Translations under genes and position numbers: made by a program
Shown: positions 26,442-41,072 of the stretch, piece by piece
Layout: every line of letters starts with the position of its first letter
How positions within the stretch are numbered: the first letter of the stretch is position 1
Notes under the pieces: model-generated
The model's database searches: none
What the model saw: only the letters and a program-made list of their open reading frames with translations
What the model was told of the DNA's origin: nothing
Assembly: GCA_964016885.1 (NCBI GenBank)
Contig: OZ024741.1
Coordinates: forward strand, 274,908,001-274,972,000
Direction of reading: 5' to 3'
Length of the DNA: 64,000 bases
Source of the DNA: Eledone cirrhosa
Lineage: Eukaryota

Positions 26442-29400
26442 GTGTATGTGTGCGTGTATGTTTGTATGTATATATGTATGTATGTGTGTGCGTGTATGTA
26501 TGTGTGTGTATGTATGTATCTCTGTATGTGTGTGTATGTATGTATCTCTGTATGTATGTGTATGTATGCATATATGTATGTGTATGTATGTGTATGTGTG
26601 TATGTATGTGTATGTATGTGTATGTATGTGTGTGTATGTATGTGTGTGTATGTATGTATGTGTATGTATATATGTATGTGTATGTATGTATGTATGTATG
26701 TATGTATGTATAGCACCAACCCCACCTCTAACACCACCACCAAAAGCACAATCACCAATATCACCACCACTACCCCTACCACATTCACTACTACCACCAT
26801 CAGCACCATCACCAAAAGCACCACGATGACCGCCACCACCACCACCACCACCACCACACTACCACCACCACCACCACCACTACTACCACCACCACAACCA
26901 CCACCACCACTACTACCCCCACTACCACCACCACTACCACTACTACCACCACCACCACTACCACCTCCACTACTACCACCACCACAACCACCAACACTAC
27001 CACCACCACCACCACTACTACTACCACCACAACCACCACCACCACTAATACCACCACTACCACCACCACTACCACTACTACCACCACCACCACCACCACT
27101 ACTACCACTACCACTACTACCACCACTACCACCACCACTACCACTACTACCACCACCACCACTACCACCTCCACTACGACCACCACCACAACCACCAACA
27201 CTACCACCACCACTAACACCACCACTACCACTACCACCAATACCAATCAGTCAACCTCGCGCAATGTCACCATCGAATATCGATCTGTCACCTGATATAT
27301 CACATGGTTGAGAAGACTGACATGTAAGTTACCACGACAACCAAATGTCGTTGGTGCAGTCTTACCGCCATCGTTTGATGGTGGCGGTGGCGGTGGCGGT
27401 GGTGGTGGTAGGGGTGGTGATGGTCATGGTGGGGGTGGGGGTGCTGCTGGTGCTGGTGGTGATGGAATGGTGGTGGTGGTAATGGTGGTGGTTGTATCGG
27501 TGGTGTTGATGGTAGTAGTGGTGGTGGTAGGGGTGGTGATGGTCATGGTGGGGGTGGGGGTGCTGCTGGTGCTGGTGGTGATGGAATGGTGGTGGTGGTA
27601 ATGGTGGTGGTTGTATCGGTGGTGTTGATGGTAGTAGTGGTGGTGGTAGTGGTGGTGATGGTCATGGGGGGGGGGCTGCCGGTGCTGGTGGTGATGGAAT
27701 GGTGGTGGTGGTAATGGTGGTGGTTGTATCGGTGGTGTTGATGGTAGTAGTGGTGGTGGTAGTGGTGGTGATGGTCATGGGGGGGGGGCTGCCGGTGCTG
27801 GTGGTGATGGAATGGTGGTGGTGGTAATGGTGGTGGTTGTATCGGTGGTGTTGATGGTAGTAGTGGTGGTGGTGGTGGTGGTGATGGTCATGGGGGGGGG
27901 GCTGCCGGTGCTGGTGGTGATGGAATGGTGGTGGTGGTAATGGTGGTGGTTGTATCGGTGGTGTTGATGGTAGTAGTGGTGGTGGTAGTGGTGGTGATGG
28001 TCATGGGGGGGGGGCTGCCGGTGCTGGTGGTGATGGAATGGTGGTGGTGGTAATGGTGGTGGTTGTATCGGTGGTGTTGATGGTAGTAGTGGTGGTGGTA
28101 GTGGTGGTGATGGTCATGGGGGGGGGGGGGGGCTGCCGGTGCTGGTGGTGATGGAATGGTGGTGGTGGTAATGGTGGTGGTTGTATCGGTGGTGTTGATG
28201 GTAGTAGTGGTGGTGGTAGTGGTGGTGATGGTCATGGGGGGGGGGCTGCCGGTGCTGGTGGTGATGGAATGGTGGTGGTGGTAATGGTGGTGGTTGTATC
28301 GGTGGTGTTGATGGTAGTAGTGGTGGTGGTAGTGGTGGTGATGGTCATGGGGGGGGGGGGCTGCCGGTGCTGGTGGTGATGGAATGGTGGTGGTGGTAAT
28401 GGTGGTGGTTGTATCGGTGGTGTTGATGGTAGTAGTGGTGGTGGTAGTGGTGGTGATGGTCATGGGGGGGGGGCTGCCGGTGCTGGTGGTGATGGAATGG
28501 TGGTGGTGGTAATGGTGGTGGTTGTATCGGTGGTGTTGATGGTAGTAGTGGTGGTGGTAGTGGTGGTGATGGTCATGGGGGGGGGCTGCCGGTGCTGGTG
28601 GTGATGGAATGGTGGTGGTGGTAATGGTGGTGGTTGTATCGGTGGTGTTGATGGTAGTAGTGGTGGTGGTAGTGGTGGTGGTTAGGGTTAGGGTTATGGT
28701 AGTGGTGGTGGTGATAGTTATAGTGGTGCTGGTGATTGGTGTGTTGATGGTGGCGGCGGTGGTGGTCGTCTTCGTCGTATTGGTGATGGTGGTGGTGGTG
28801 GTGGTGATCTTGGTGTTGGTCATGGCGGTGGGGTGGCGGTGGCGTTGCTGTCGTTGGTGACGGTGGCGGAGGTGATAGTAGTGATGGTGGTGGTGTTGAT
28901 AGTTGTGATGGAGAGAGTGGGGGCTGATGGCGGCGGTCGTGGTGATGGCGATGTTGATGGTGACGGTGTTTGTGGTGACAGTGGTGTTATTGGTGTTGGT
29001 CATCGTGGTGGTGGCGGTGTGATGTTGGTGTTGGTGGTGGAGTTATTTTGGTGAGGGTGGTGCTGTTGACCGTGGTGGGGCGGATTGGTTGTAGTGTTGG
29101 ACATGGAGGTGGTGTTTGTGGTGGTGCTGATGGGTGTCTGTGTTGATGGTATTGATGATGGTGCTAGGGGTTTGTAGTGGGGGGTAGTGATGGGTGTAGT
29201 GCTGGTAATAGGGAGACTGTGGTGGTGGTGGTGGTGGTGGTGGTGGTGGTGGTGGTTGTAGTGGTGGTGGTTACAGTGGTATCTGTGAGGTGGTGGTATT
29301 GGTGGTGGTGGTGGGTGAGGTTGTAGTGGTGGTGGTGGTGTTGGTAGTGGTGTTGATTGTGATGGTGGTGGTTTCAGTGGTATCTGTGAGGTGGTGGTGG

Positions 29401-29560
29401 TGGTGGTGGTGGTGGTGGTTGTAGTTGTAGTGGTGGTGGTTACAGTGATATTTGTGAGGTTGTGGTGGTAGTTGTGGTTGTAGTGGTGGTGGTGATGGTT
29501 GTAGTTGTAGTGGTGGTGGTTACAGTGATATTCGTGAGGTTGTGGTGGTAGTTTAGGATG
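26442..29560. repeat. (GTAT)n, (CCA)n and (GGT)n repeats incl. ~115-bp higher-order array at ~27400-28680
   Basis: GGTCATGGGGGGGGGCTGCCGGTGCTGG recurs. Confidence 0.9.
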
Positions 29561-29765
29561 ATATTTCAATTAATTAAATTTTTTTTCCGTGGGTCATTCC
29601 GTCCAATCACGCCATAACATATTTAACCACTCAATTCATGTCATTAGTTCATTTGAGTTATTTCCCTTGGCTCATTTTTTACTCTCTTTTTAATTAATTA
29701 TGCAAATTATACTGACTAAACATTACTCATAAATCTTCTTTTTATCAACATTTATAGATCGAGTA

Positions 29766-29935
29766 GGTGGCGAATTGGCAGAATTGTTAGAACGTCAGAT
29801 AAAATGCCTTGTGGTATTTGTTTCAGCTTTCAGCCCTCACATTTCACATTCCGCCATGGTCAATTTTGCCTTTAATCCATTCGGGGTCTATAAAATAGTA
29901 CCTGTCAAGTACTGGGGTCGATTCGGGGTCGATTC
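29766..29935 (+). mobile_element. Diverged SINE copy
   Basis: GGTGGCGAATTGGCAGAATTGTTAGA..CAATTTTGCCTTTAATCCATTCGGGGTC. Confidence 0.7.
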
Positions 29936-30339
29936 TTCCTATAAATCTCTCTCTCTCTCTCTCTGGAAGAAATCTGCTCGGCAAGGTTTCAAAATGCCCT
30001 GGAAATGCCGTGTTTGAATACGGCGTCCCTACAACTCCCTTAGAAGTTACGTGACACCATACATACAAACCCGAATATTAAACAGGTCTGAACTACACTT
30101 TCATGGAGCCGACTGGAGATTGTGACTTCTCTGCGCATTGTTAATTAACCTTCCCACCAATTGTTAATCATACGACAAAGAGTATTGCGTTTGAAAAGGA
30201 TATTCTAAACTCAAAATATTGTGAAATATAGGGGAAACGGTACTGTGTTGTTTTGTCATACATATTTCACTTTAGAATAAGTACTTGTGTTGATATGATC
30301 GACTTAAACCCTGAACCTAGTAAAAGAAGAAAAGAATAT

Positions 30340-31845
30340 AAGTGTGTGTGTGTATGTGTGTGTGGCTTGTCCGAATATAGGATATGTGTGTATAGAGGTT
30401 AATGCGAATTCTGTGTGTTCGAAGCTGTCCCTTCGACAATTGTATGCGTGTATATGTGATTGTATGTGTGTGTATGTAATTATATGTGTAGGTGTGTAAT
30501 TGTATATGTGTGTGTATGTGTGTGTGTGTGTATGTGTGTGTATGTGTGTGTGTGTATGTGTGTGTGTGTATGTGTGTGTGTGTAATTTTATATATGTGTT
30601 TATGTGTGTGCGTGTAATTGTATGTGTGTATGTGATTGTATGTGTGTGTATGTGGAACTGTATATGTGTATGTAATTATATGTGTGTAGGTGTGTAATTG
30701 TATATGTGTGTGTGTGTATGTAATTGTATGTGTGTGTAGTTGTATTTGTATGTATGCGTGTATGTATGTAATTGTATGTGTGTGTAGTTGTATTTGTATG
30801 TGTATCTGTGTGTATGCAATTGTATGTGTGTGTATGTGTAATTGTGTGTGTGCGTGTGCGTGCATGTGTAAGTGTATGTGTGTATGTAATCGTATTGTGT
30901 ATATGTGTTATAGTATGTGTGTACGTCTGTGCTCCTCTTTGTGTGTGTGTGTGTGCATGCGTCTCCATGTGTGCACGTGTGTGTGTATGTATGTATGTGT
31001 GTGTGTGTGTGTGTGTATCACGCTAGCATATCACCACACATATACACTTTTGTAGAGACACAAATAACTCACACACGTGCACTCACACACACACGCGCGC
31101 ACATATGCACAAGTGGAAACGGATACACATACACACGCACACACACACACGCGTATACAGTTATACACACATGCAAGCATGTCCACATACACATACAAAC
31201 ACATACACACGCATGCAGATACAGATACACTAACACATACACAAACACATACAAGGACACAGACACACATACAAGCACGCACACGCGCATACAATTACAC
31301 ACACACACGCATGCATGTCCACACACACACCTACACACGTGTGTAGACACATACACGTGCACACATGGAGACGAACACATACACACAATCATACAATTTC
31401 CCACACACACACATACATATATACATACACATGCACACATGGAGACAGAGACACACAAATACACACACTAACACACATACATACGCATGCACACATATCC
31501 ACACACTCATACACACACTAGAGACACAGATTTACTCGTACATGCACACACACACATACATACACACACATACACACATACATACACACATACATACATA
31601 CACACATATACACATACATACACATACACATACATACACACACACACACATACACACATGCATACATGCATACATACATACACACATACATACACACAGA
31701 CACATACATATACACATACATACACACATACATACATACATACATACATACATACATACATACACACACACATACACACACATATACACACATACATACA
31801 CACACACATACACACATACATACACACATACATACATACATACAT

Positions 31846-31878
<33 letters not shown>

Positions 31879-32202
31879 TATACACACATACATACACACA
31901 CACATACACACATACATAGACACATACATACATACACACATACATACACACACACATACACACATACATACACACATACACATACATACATACATACACA
32001 CACACATACATACATACATACACACATACATACACATACATAGACACATACATACATACATACATACATGCATGCATACATACATACACACACACACACA
32101 TACAATTACATACACACATACAGTTACACATGCACACACATACAATTGCATACATACACACACACATATACAATTACACGCACAGACATAAACACACATA
32201 AA

Positions 32203-32290
<88 letters not shown>
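30340..32290. repeat. (GT)-rich then (CA)-rich degenerate microsatellites in opposite orientation
   Basis: Direct. Confidence 0.9.
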
Positions 32291-32292
<2 letters not shown>

Positions 32293-32700
32293 GACACAGA
32301 CACATACATCAATCACAAGATTTAGCTAAATCACGAGTTTAAAAGAGTTTCAGAACGGCTACTGTTTACTAGGAAGAGCCGAGATATTCACAAGATGGCT
32401 TAACATTTATGAAGTAAACGGCTGTCGGCCATTTTGTAGCGCTTTTGACGCCCTCTGGTGGCCAGAGCTGTCTTAGCTTGTGATTTATGAACTCAATATT
32501 GACTCACAGGCTGTTCATACTGTCCAGAAATGTCACACAGATTCCTATATTGGATGTTCACGAGAAGATATTATATATTTACATCTATTTTACTCTCCCT
32601 CCATAAAATGGCGGTATTATTATCTAATAACAAAAGACAAACGATGGACGTCTGTGTATCTGCAGCCTTCTGTATGTTCTGTATGTATGTTTGTTTGTAG

Positions 32701-32751
<51 letters not shown>

Positions 32752-32828
32752 CGTGTCTGGCTGTCCAGTTCACTATGTATATGTGTGTGTGTGTGTGTGC
32801 TGTCCATATCACTGTTTGTATGTGCAGC

Positions 32829-32908
<80 letters not shown>

Positions 32909-33047
32909 CTTCTACAGGACTAGAACTGTTTCATACAGGAGAAACAGTTTCATACAGTAGAAGCCATTTCTATATTGAATATTTATACTCTGCTATGTAT
33001 TGAGTACCTTACTTACTGTGGTTAACCTCGATTGAACCCGGGATAAA

Positions 33048-33114
<67 letters not shown>

Positions 33115-33235
33115 GAAAGTATATAAATTATTGTGAGCGTGAAGCCAACAGTATTTCATAATATATAAGTGACTATAACGTCGTCAAAATGGAAAAATAG
33201 TTAACGTGAGATGTGGGAAAATAATATATATATAT

Positions 33236-33620
33236 ATCGTTTTTGAATTTCTTTAACAAGATTCTTTATCTGAAAACGTGTGTTGAAACCGATATTGTTA
33301 TACTTTGGGAGGGTTATGTTTCCAATAAGAAACACACGCACCAGAAGCTTTCACTCCAATTTATTATAAGTTAAATTATATTATAAATTTAAGAAATTTA
33401 TAACTTTCGGTTAGTTGTTTGGTTCCACAACCGGACGGTTGTTCATATATTGTCAAAGTTCTTTCGTCACACATTCTGTGACCTCATCAGTGACCGCGGA
33501 TTCTTTTCTTTGTTTTGTGCCTCTCCTTTGTTCTGTCCTACGCCATCTTGTTTTTGTGTATGTTGTGTGCTTAGTTTGCGCATGTGTTACATCCGGGTGT
33601 CTGTGTGTGTTTTTATTTGT

Positions 33621-33663
<43 letters not shown>

Positions 33664-34185
33664 CATGTTACTGGTTGGTTGTTTGTTCTATGTGTGTGTG
33701 TTTTCATTTTGTCCTTAATTGTAAGTTGTGATGTTGCTATTCCATTCAGGTTTTAATTTGGTTGGAGTTCATTTATGTTTATTGCCTCTGTGATTTGTCT
33801 AAACATTGCGTCTTTTCTGTGTATAGATTATATTTTTATTTCTATGTTCTCTAATTTGCCCTTATGTTCTATTTTCGCATGTTGGTGGAGTACTGATGAA
33901 TCTTTTCTATCTTGAAGCTCTCGCCAGTGTTCATTTAATCGTTCTCCAATACGACGAGCTGTCTCACCTATGTACACTATATTCTTATCTTTACATTGTC
34001 CTTCAGTACATCTTATGCTATATACCATGTTTCTAGTTTTGCAGTTAATATGGGGGCTTAGTTTACAGATTATGCATTTCTTATCTATACAGGGAGGTCT
34101 TTGAAAAGGGTATGTATTACTAATAAGTGTTTTTATGGAGGTACCTGGTCTTTCCACTATCTTAATATTCTTTTTTTTTATTTTT
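33236..34185 (-). mobile_element. 5'-truncated Penelope-like element: GIY-YIG C-terminus and 3' UTR
   Basis: CIICK..NCKTRNMVYSIRC..YIGETARRIGERLNEH..SVLHQHAKIEH; 3' UTR carries a hammerhead. Confidence 0.85.
33452..33494 (-). ncRNA. Minimal hammerhead ribozyme in Penelope 3' UTR
   Basis: GTCA-CTGATGA-G-GTCACA/GAATG/TGTGAC-GAAA-GAAC-TT-TGAC. Confidence 0.8.
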
Positions 34186-34649
34186 TTTAAAATATATATA
34201 TATATATATATATATTCGTTTGTGTTCATGTGTATGTGTGCGTGCATACGTTTGTATGTGTGACTGTCCAGATCACTTTGTGTATGTGCAGTTTTCTGTA
34301 TATATTTATATGTGCACCCTCTATTTTGAACACACACACACACACACACAGATATATATCTGTGTGTGTGTGTGTGGCTATCTAGATCACTATGTGTATA
34401 CGCAACTTTCTGTACACGTGTGTGCGAGTGTGTGTATATCTATATAGCTGTCTGCATCACTGTGTGTGTGTATATATAGACGAAGAATCGGCCTCAGTAC
34501 CTCACTGATAGTTTTTTTTGTCGGCGTCAAAAAAATGTAAGGTAAAGTTGACCTCAACAGGATTTGAACTCAGAATCTAGAGCCCCAGAAAAGGTACCGC
34601 AATTGTATCTGGTTAGAGGCTCCACTGTTTCTCCTAATCCACTTATGTA

Positions 34650-34915
34650 GGGTGGAGCCGCGTAGCCTTGGAGTAAGGGTGTTGGACTTACTATCAAAAT
34701 GTCGTCGGTTCCATTCCTGTGTGAATTCATCTTGAGCAAAACACGTAGCTCCAGTATATTCACCTGAAAATGAATGCCAGCAATTACCGGAGGTTTAACC
34801 ATGCGATGGACTGGCGTCCTGCCCAGGGGAGGTCACGTATTCTCAGTAGTTTGACGCCACGGAAACCACGATAAGCGCCTGCCTGATGACCCTCAAGGTT
34901 CTAGAGAAACTTTAG
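34650..34915 (+). mobile_element. Second SINE family (tRNA head + V/Meta-like central domain), diverged
   Basis: GCCGCGTAGCCTTGGAGTAAGG head; TGCGATGGACTGGCGTCCTGCCCAGGGG core; GGAAACC..GATAAGCG..GCCTGATG tail. Confidence 0.55.
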
Positions 34916-34985
34916 ACTGTCTACCTATGTATGAATGTTTGTGTGTGTATGTGTTGAGGTTTGTCCAAACATGCAGAAGCTTCTG

Positions 34986-35042
<57 letters not shown>

Positions 35043-35044
<2 letters not shown>

Positions 35045-35681
35045 CGTTTCTGAATTTGTTTAGCAAGATTCTTTATCTGAAAACGTGTGTTGAAACCGAT
35101 ATCGTTATACTTTGGGAGGGTCATGTTGCCAATAAGAAACACACGCACCAGTTGCTTTCACTTCAATTTATTATAATAAATTTATAAATTTAGGAATTTA
35201 TAAATTTCCGGTTGGTTGGTTGGTTGGTTCCACAACCAGATGGTTGTTTATATATTGTCAAAGTTCTTTCGTCACACATTCTGTGACCTCTTCAGTGACT
35301 GGGGATTCTTTTCTTTGTTGTTGTGCCTCTCCTTTGTTCTGTCCTACGCCATTTTGTTTCAGAAACAAACTGGGGATTTTTTCTTTGTTTTTGTGCCTCT
35401 CCTTTGTTCTTTCCTACGCCATTTTGTTTCAGAAATAAAATGGCGTAGGACAGAACAAAGGAAAGGCACAAAAACAAAGAAAAGAATGCCTAGTCACTGA
35501 AGAGGTCACAGAATGTGTGACGAAAGAACTTTGACAATATATAAACAACCATCTGGTTGTGGAACCAACCAACCAACCGGAAATTTATAAATTCCTAAAT
35601 TTATAAATTTATTATAATAAATTGAAGTGAAAGCAACTGGTGCGTGTGTTTCTTATTGGCAAAATGACTCTCCCAAAGTAT

Positions 35682-35690
<9 letters not shown>
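35043..35690. mobile_element. Fold-back of the same Penelope 3' UTR; hammerheads at 35257-35299 (-) and 35493-35535 (+)
   Basis: Arms ~35100-35430 and 35431-35688 with a 70-bp duplication near the axis; GTCA-CTGAAGA-G-GTCACA/GAATG/TGTGAC-GAAA-GAAC-TT-TGAC. Confidence 0.85.
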
Positions 35691-35724
<34 letters not shown>

Positions 35725-35908
35725 ATTGTTTCTACTTTTGGCACAAGGCCAGCAATTACCCAGTACATTACTGGTACTTTCTTTTATCGCCCCGTAAGGA
35801 TGAAAGGCAAAGTTAACCTCGGCGGGATTTGAAGTCAGACCATAAAGGGACGTAATTATGCTAGAAAGCATGGCGTCCAACCCTCTACCGATACTGCCAA
35901 TTCACCTC
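35725..35908 (-). mobile_element. SINE copy
   Basis: Reverse complement of the family. Confidence 0.85.
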
Positions 35909-35966
35909 CAATACTGGAATTGTAAAATCAAGACTGTAGCGGTATGTCATATATCAAATCATATAT

Positions 35967-36026
35967 TTTGTCTGATGAGGACCTACTGAAAAAACAACGC
36001 AGTACCTCTGAAATATATATAATAAA
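35967..36026 (+). ncRNA. Type I hammerhead ribozyme (related to 11167/23711)
   Basis: TTTGT-CTGATGA-GGA..TACTG/CAGTA..TCT-GAAA-TATATA-TA-ATAAA. Confidence 0.65.
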
Positions 36027-36221
36027 GTTTATATTTTGATAATGAGAATATTTTTCATTTGTTAATATTTTGAATAATATTAAAAACTCCAGGAAACCTT
36101 TTTCGGTTGAGTGCTTCTAATCTATTGTAAAATTGTATTCATTGAGTAATCAACGAAACATACTAATCTTTGGTTATACATATATATATAGAGAGAGATA
36201 GATAGATATGTGTGCGTGTGT

Positions 36222-36309
<88 letters not shown>

Positions 36310-36394
36310 CTATGTGGGTGAAAACGCGTATACAATGGTAAGTATGAATATAAATGCGTAAATACAAACATGGATGCATCGCTTCTGTGTAGAA

Positions 36395-37965
36395 TCTACA
36401 CTGGGTGATGCTACGTTGGGCGGGCCCGTACGGACGGTCTACCAAGACCTTCAATCGGTGATTCCTGCCCTGGCGGGAATCGGCCTCCAGGTCAACTCGG
36501 CCAAGTCAGAGGTGGTGAACGTCAGCCTCGATGCTGTGAGCTTTGCAGCCTCCGTCTTGGACGTGCGGTCCATTCTCCGCCAGGTTCAGGTGACCCCAAA
36601 GAGGATGTCCTCATCCTCGGGTCACCGATCCACCCGCCGGCCATCCGCTCCACCATCAGGTCCAAGCTTCAACAACTCCAGACTCTCACGAGCCGACTAG
36701 GCTTGATTGACGGCCACCCAGCTCTCTTTCTTCTGAGGAACTGCTTCGCAATGCCGAAGCTCCTCTATACACTCCGCAGCGCTCCATGCTACACCCAGAC
36801 ATCTCTCCTCGCTGACCTCGATACTTGTATCCGAGCAGCAGCCGATGGGATATGCAACGTCAAGTTTGACGACATAGGGTGGCAACAGGCCACTTTACCG
36901 GTCAGGTATGGCGGCATAGGCCTCCGGTCCCCGATCTCACTAGCTTTGCCGGCGTATCTTTCGTCGGTAACCTCATGCCGCGTCCTCGTCAGCAGGGTTC
37001 TTCAAAACACAACAGAACCCTCTGTGTTCAGAGAACGTGAGGCCGCATGTGAGACGTGGGACCGGCTGGGACCTAGCCCAGTAGACGTCCTTCCTCCTTC
37101 TCCCCTTGTTGACGTCAAGTCCCCCCAACGCACATGGGATGCCATCCAGTGCAGCCTGGCCTCAGACAGGCTCACGCGCCAGCTCGACCAGCACCGCCAT
37201 GCTTGTTTTCGTCCGGCCTCCAAACCCCACAGTGGTACCTGGCTCTATGCTCTGCCCTCCTTCTCCACTGGCACGCAGCTAGACAACGATACCCTACGAA
37301 TCGGCGTTTCCCTGAGGCTCGGCCTCCGGATCTGCCAGCCACACCAATGTGGCTGCGGTTCCACCGTGGACTCTATCGGCCTCCACCCGCTTTCCTGTCG
37401 CCACAGTGCCGACCGCATTCCACGCCATACTGCCCTCAACGAGGTCATTAAGCATGGCTTGGACGCTGCAGGCTTCCCTTCCCAGCTCGAGCCGGTGGAG
37501 CTGGATCGAGGGGACGGCAAAAGGCTAGATGGCATGACCGTCTTCCCGTTCCGCGGTGGCAAACCCCTCGTCTGGGATGCCACTTGCACCGACACTTTCT
37601 GCAGCCGCAACCTGGTGCAGTCTGCGACTGACCCAGGTTCTGCTGCACGTCGGGCTGAGGGGTCCAAACTCCTCAAATACCGGTCGCTCTCCGACAGGTT
37701 TGCGGTCGTTCCCCTTGCAGTGGAGACTTCTGGTGTCTTCGGCCCCAGGGCTACCTCCTTACTCACCACCATAGACGCTGAGCTGGCCAGCCGTAGGTGT
37801 GAGCCCCGCGAGTTGGAGTGGCTTTTCCAGCGCGTCTCCCTTGCCGTCCTCCGGGGAAACGCCTTCTCCATCCTGTCCACCGGGGCTGTGGGTGGGCCCC
37901 ATCGCGTACCATTACATTAGTTAAATACCATTCTTTCATCTCATAACTTTAAAGATTCCATTATG
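36395..37965 (+). mobile_element. CRE-clade non-LTR retrotransposon, 5' truncated (RT end, CCHC finger, restriction-like endonuclease)
   Basis: LGDATLGG (degraded YLDD), PKLLYTLR, QATLPVRYGGIG, CxC..H...C, RH..LN, KRLDG..WDAT..K..KY, VPLAVETSGVFG; frameshift ~36600. Confidence 0.85.
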
Positions 37966-38101
37966 ATAGATAGGTTGAGGTGTACGTATCAATTTATATA
38001 GAGGTGTGCATGCCTGGTGCATCGTGTGCATATAAATATCTATTTATATATGAATGTCAATAGACACGGTTATACATACAAATCTTTCTTTTTCTCTCTC
38101 G

Positions 38102-38179
<78 letters not shown>

Positions 38180-38282
38180 CGAGAGAGAGAGAAAAAGAAA
38201 GATTTGTAAGTATATATATATAGGTATAGATAGGTATATATATATATATATATATACCTACATATATATATGTGTGTGTATG

Positions 38283-38385
<103 letters not shown>

Positions 38386-38465
38386 TTATATGTATATATA
38401 TATATATATATATACAGTATATATATATATATACCTACATATATATATGTGTGTGTGTATGTATG

Positions 38466-38544
<79 letters not shown>

Positions 38545-38637
38545 GTGAAAAAATGGGGAACATACATATATATATACATGCGTATATACCTATGTATGTA
38601 TATATATATATGTGTGTGTGTGTGTATACATACATGC

Positions 38638-38697
<60 letters not shown>

Positions 38698-38786
38698 TCT
38701 CCATTATTGATAAATATTCTCCAGATATTTCAGGAGAATGTGGATGACCGAACGTTACAGTTCCGGAACAACTGACAACAGAGTCT

Positions 38787-39460
38787 CTTGTTGTTGTTGT
38801 TGGTGGTGGTGGTGGTGGTGGTGGTGGTGTGGTGGTGGTGGTGGTGGTGGTGGTGGTGGTGGTGTGGTGGTGGTGGTGGTATGGTGGTGGTAGTGGTAGT
38901 GGTGGTGATGGTGGTTGTGACGATGGAGGTGGTGGTGGTGGTGGTGGTTGTGGTGGTGGTAGTCGTGGTTGTGTTGGCAGTGGTGGTGTGGTGGCGGCGG
39001 TGGTGGTGGTGCGGTGGTGGTGGCGGTGGTGGTGGTTGTGTTGGTGGTGGTGGTAGTCGTGGTTGTGGTGGCAGTGGTGGTGTGGTGGTGGCGGTGGTGG
39101 TGTGGTGGTGGCGGCGGTGGTGGTGGTGCGGTGGTGGTGGCGGTGGTGGTGGTTGTGTTGGTGGTGGTGGTAGTCGTGGTTGTGGTGGCAGTGGTGGTGT
39201 GGTAGTGGCGGTGGTGGTGGTAGTTGTGATGGTGGTGGTAGTCGTGGTTGTGGTGGCAGTGGTGGTGGTGGTTGTGGCAATGGTGGTTGAGAGAATGTTG
39301 TTGTCGTTAAGGTAGAGGTGGTTGTTATTGTTATTCTTGACATTGTTGTTGTTATTGTTGTTGTTGTTATTGTTGTTGTTGTTGACGTATTGTTATTGTT
39401 GAGGTTGCTGTTGTTGTTGGTTTAATTGTTGGTGGTTTTGCAGTTGTTTTTGTTGTTTCC
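38787..39460. repeat. (GGT)n/(GTT)n repeat
   Basis: Direct. Confidence 0.9.
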
Positions 39461-39559
39461 TCACTCTAATCCACAGTAGGCCGTCGTCAATGAAGTGAGG
39501 TTGTCCCAGTTAGCTGCTGTTCCTTTCTCTGACAACTCCATACAGAACCCGACACTATA

Positions 39560-40450
39560 TAGTTACACCACGTCTCATACTACGACATATCCCACCTGAG
39601 ACCATGTGGCAACTCAACCGTCGACACTACGACTACGCCATACACCACAAGCAAACATGTAGCAACTCCACCGCCCACACTACACCATATCCCACCCGAG
39701 ACTATGTGACAACTCCACTGCTGACACTACATCATACACCACAAGAAACATGTAGCTACCTCATCCCCACAATACCGCACTTCACACACTTCACCATACG
39801 CCACTCGAGACCATGTAGCTTGCTACCCCACTCCACACACACCAACATACGCTACCCGAGACCAATAGCTTGCTACCCCACTCCACACACTTCACCATAG
39901 GCCGCCCGAGACCAATAGCTTGCTACCCCACGCCACACACGTCACCATACGCCACTCGAGACCATGTAGCTTGCTACCCCACTCCACACACACCAACATA
40001 CGCTACCCGAGACCAATAGCTTGCTACCCCACTCGACACACTTCACCATACTCCACCCGAGACCAATAGCTTGCTACCCCACGCCACACACGTCACCATA
40101 CGCCACTCGAGACCATGTAGCTTGCTACCCCACTCCACACACTTCACCATAGGCCACCCGAGACCAATAGCTTGCCACTCCAACTATACCATACTCCACC
40201 CGTGACCACTTATCTATACCACCCCTCACCCTATACCATACCCCACCAACCAAGACGATGTAGCTACACCACCCCTCCAACTACACCATACTCCACCCGT
40301 GACCAATTATCTATACCACCCCTCACCCTATACCATACCCCACCAACCAAGACGATGTAGCTACACCACCCCTCCAACTACACCATACTCCACCCGTGAC
40401 CAATTATCTATACCACCCCTCACCCTATACCATACCCCACCAACCAATAA
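39560..40450. repeat. Minisatellites, ~50-bp (CGAGACCAATAGCTTGCTACCCCAC) and ~97-bp units
   Basis: Direct recurrence. Confidence 0.85.
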
Positions 40451-40605
40451 CGCTCTAATCTGCCCACACAAACGTTGACCCATTTGGGCTCGACAAGGTT
40501 TTATCGTTTCACTTGAGAGCCGTAAATATGTAGTTTATCTTTATTAAATTTACCGCTAATACGTGAAGGTTGGCGGAGGTATGTACATGTTCGTGAGTGA
40601 CTGCC

Positions 40606-40637
<32 letters not shown>

Positions 40638-40850
40638 TGCGTGTGTGCGTGTGTGTGTGTCTGTGTGCGTGGGGGGGGGGGCTATGTGTGTGTGCGTGTG
40701 GGGGGGGGGGGGTATGTGTGTGTGTGCTTGTGCTTGTGTTGGGGGAGGGTTATGTGGATATCTGACGTAACGGACATATATATATATATATATATATAGA
40801 TACACACCCACGCATATCATATCCATCCATCCATGCATGTGTGCGTATGC

Positions 40851-40894
<44 letters not shown>

Positions 40895-40986
40895 GTGGTG
40901 TGCATATATATATATGTGTGTGTGTGTGTATAGATAATTGTTTCTTACATGTTTGTATCTATCTATCTCTTTCTCTCTATAGATAA

Positions 40987-41072
<86 letters not shown>

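Noticed and set aside
28681-28695. GTTAGGGTTAGGGTTA telomere-like repeat
   Set aside because: Only ~2.5 units inside a G/T-rich low-complexity tract
34883-34912. CTGATGA..GAAAC at the end of the SINE
   Set aside because: No stem I or II pairing; part of the SINE tail
37245-37880. 211-aa antisense ORF, and antisense ORFs over the Tx1 element
   Set aside because: Shadows of GC-rich sense coding sequence
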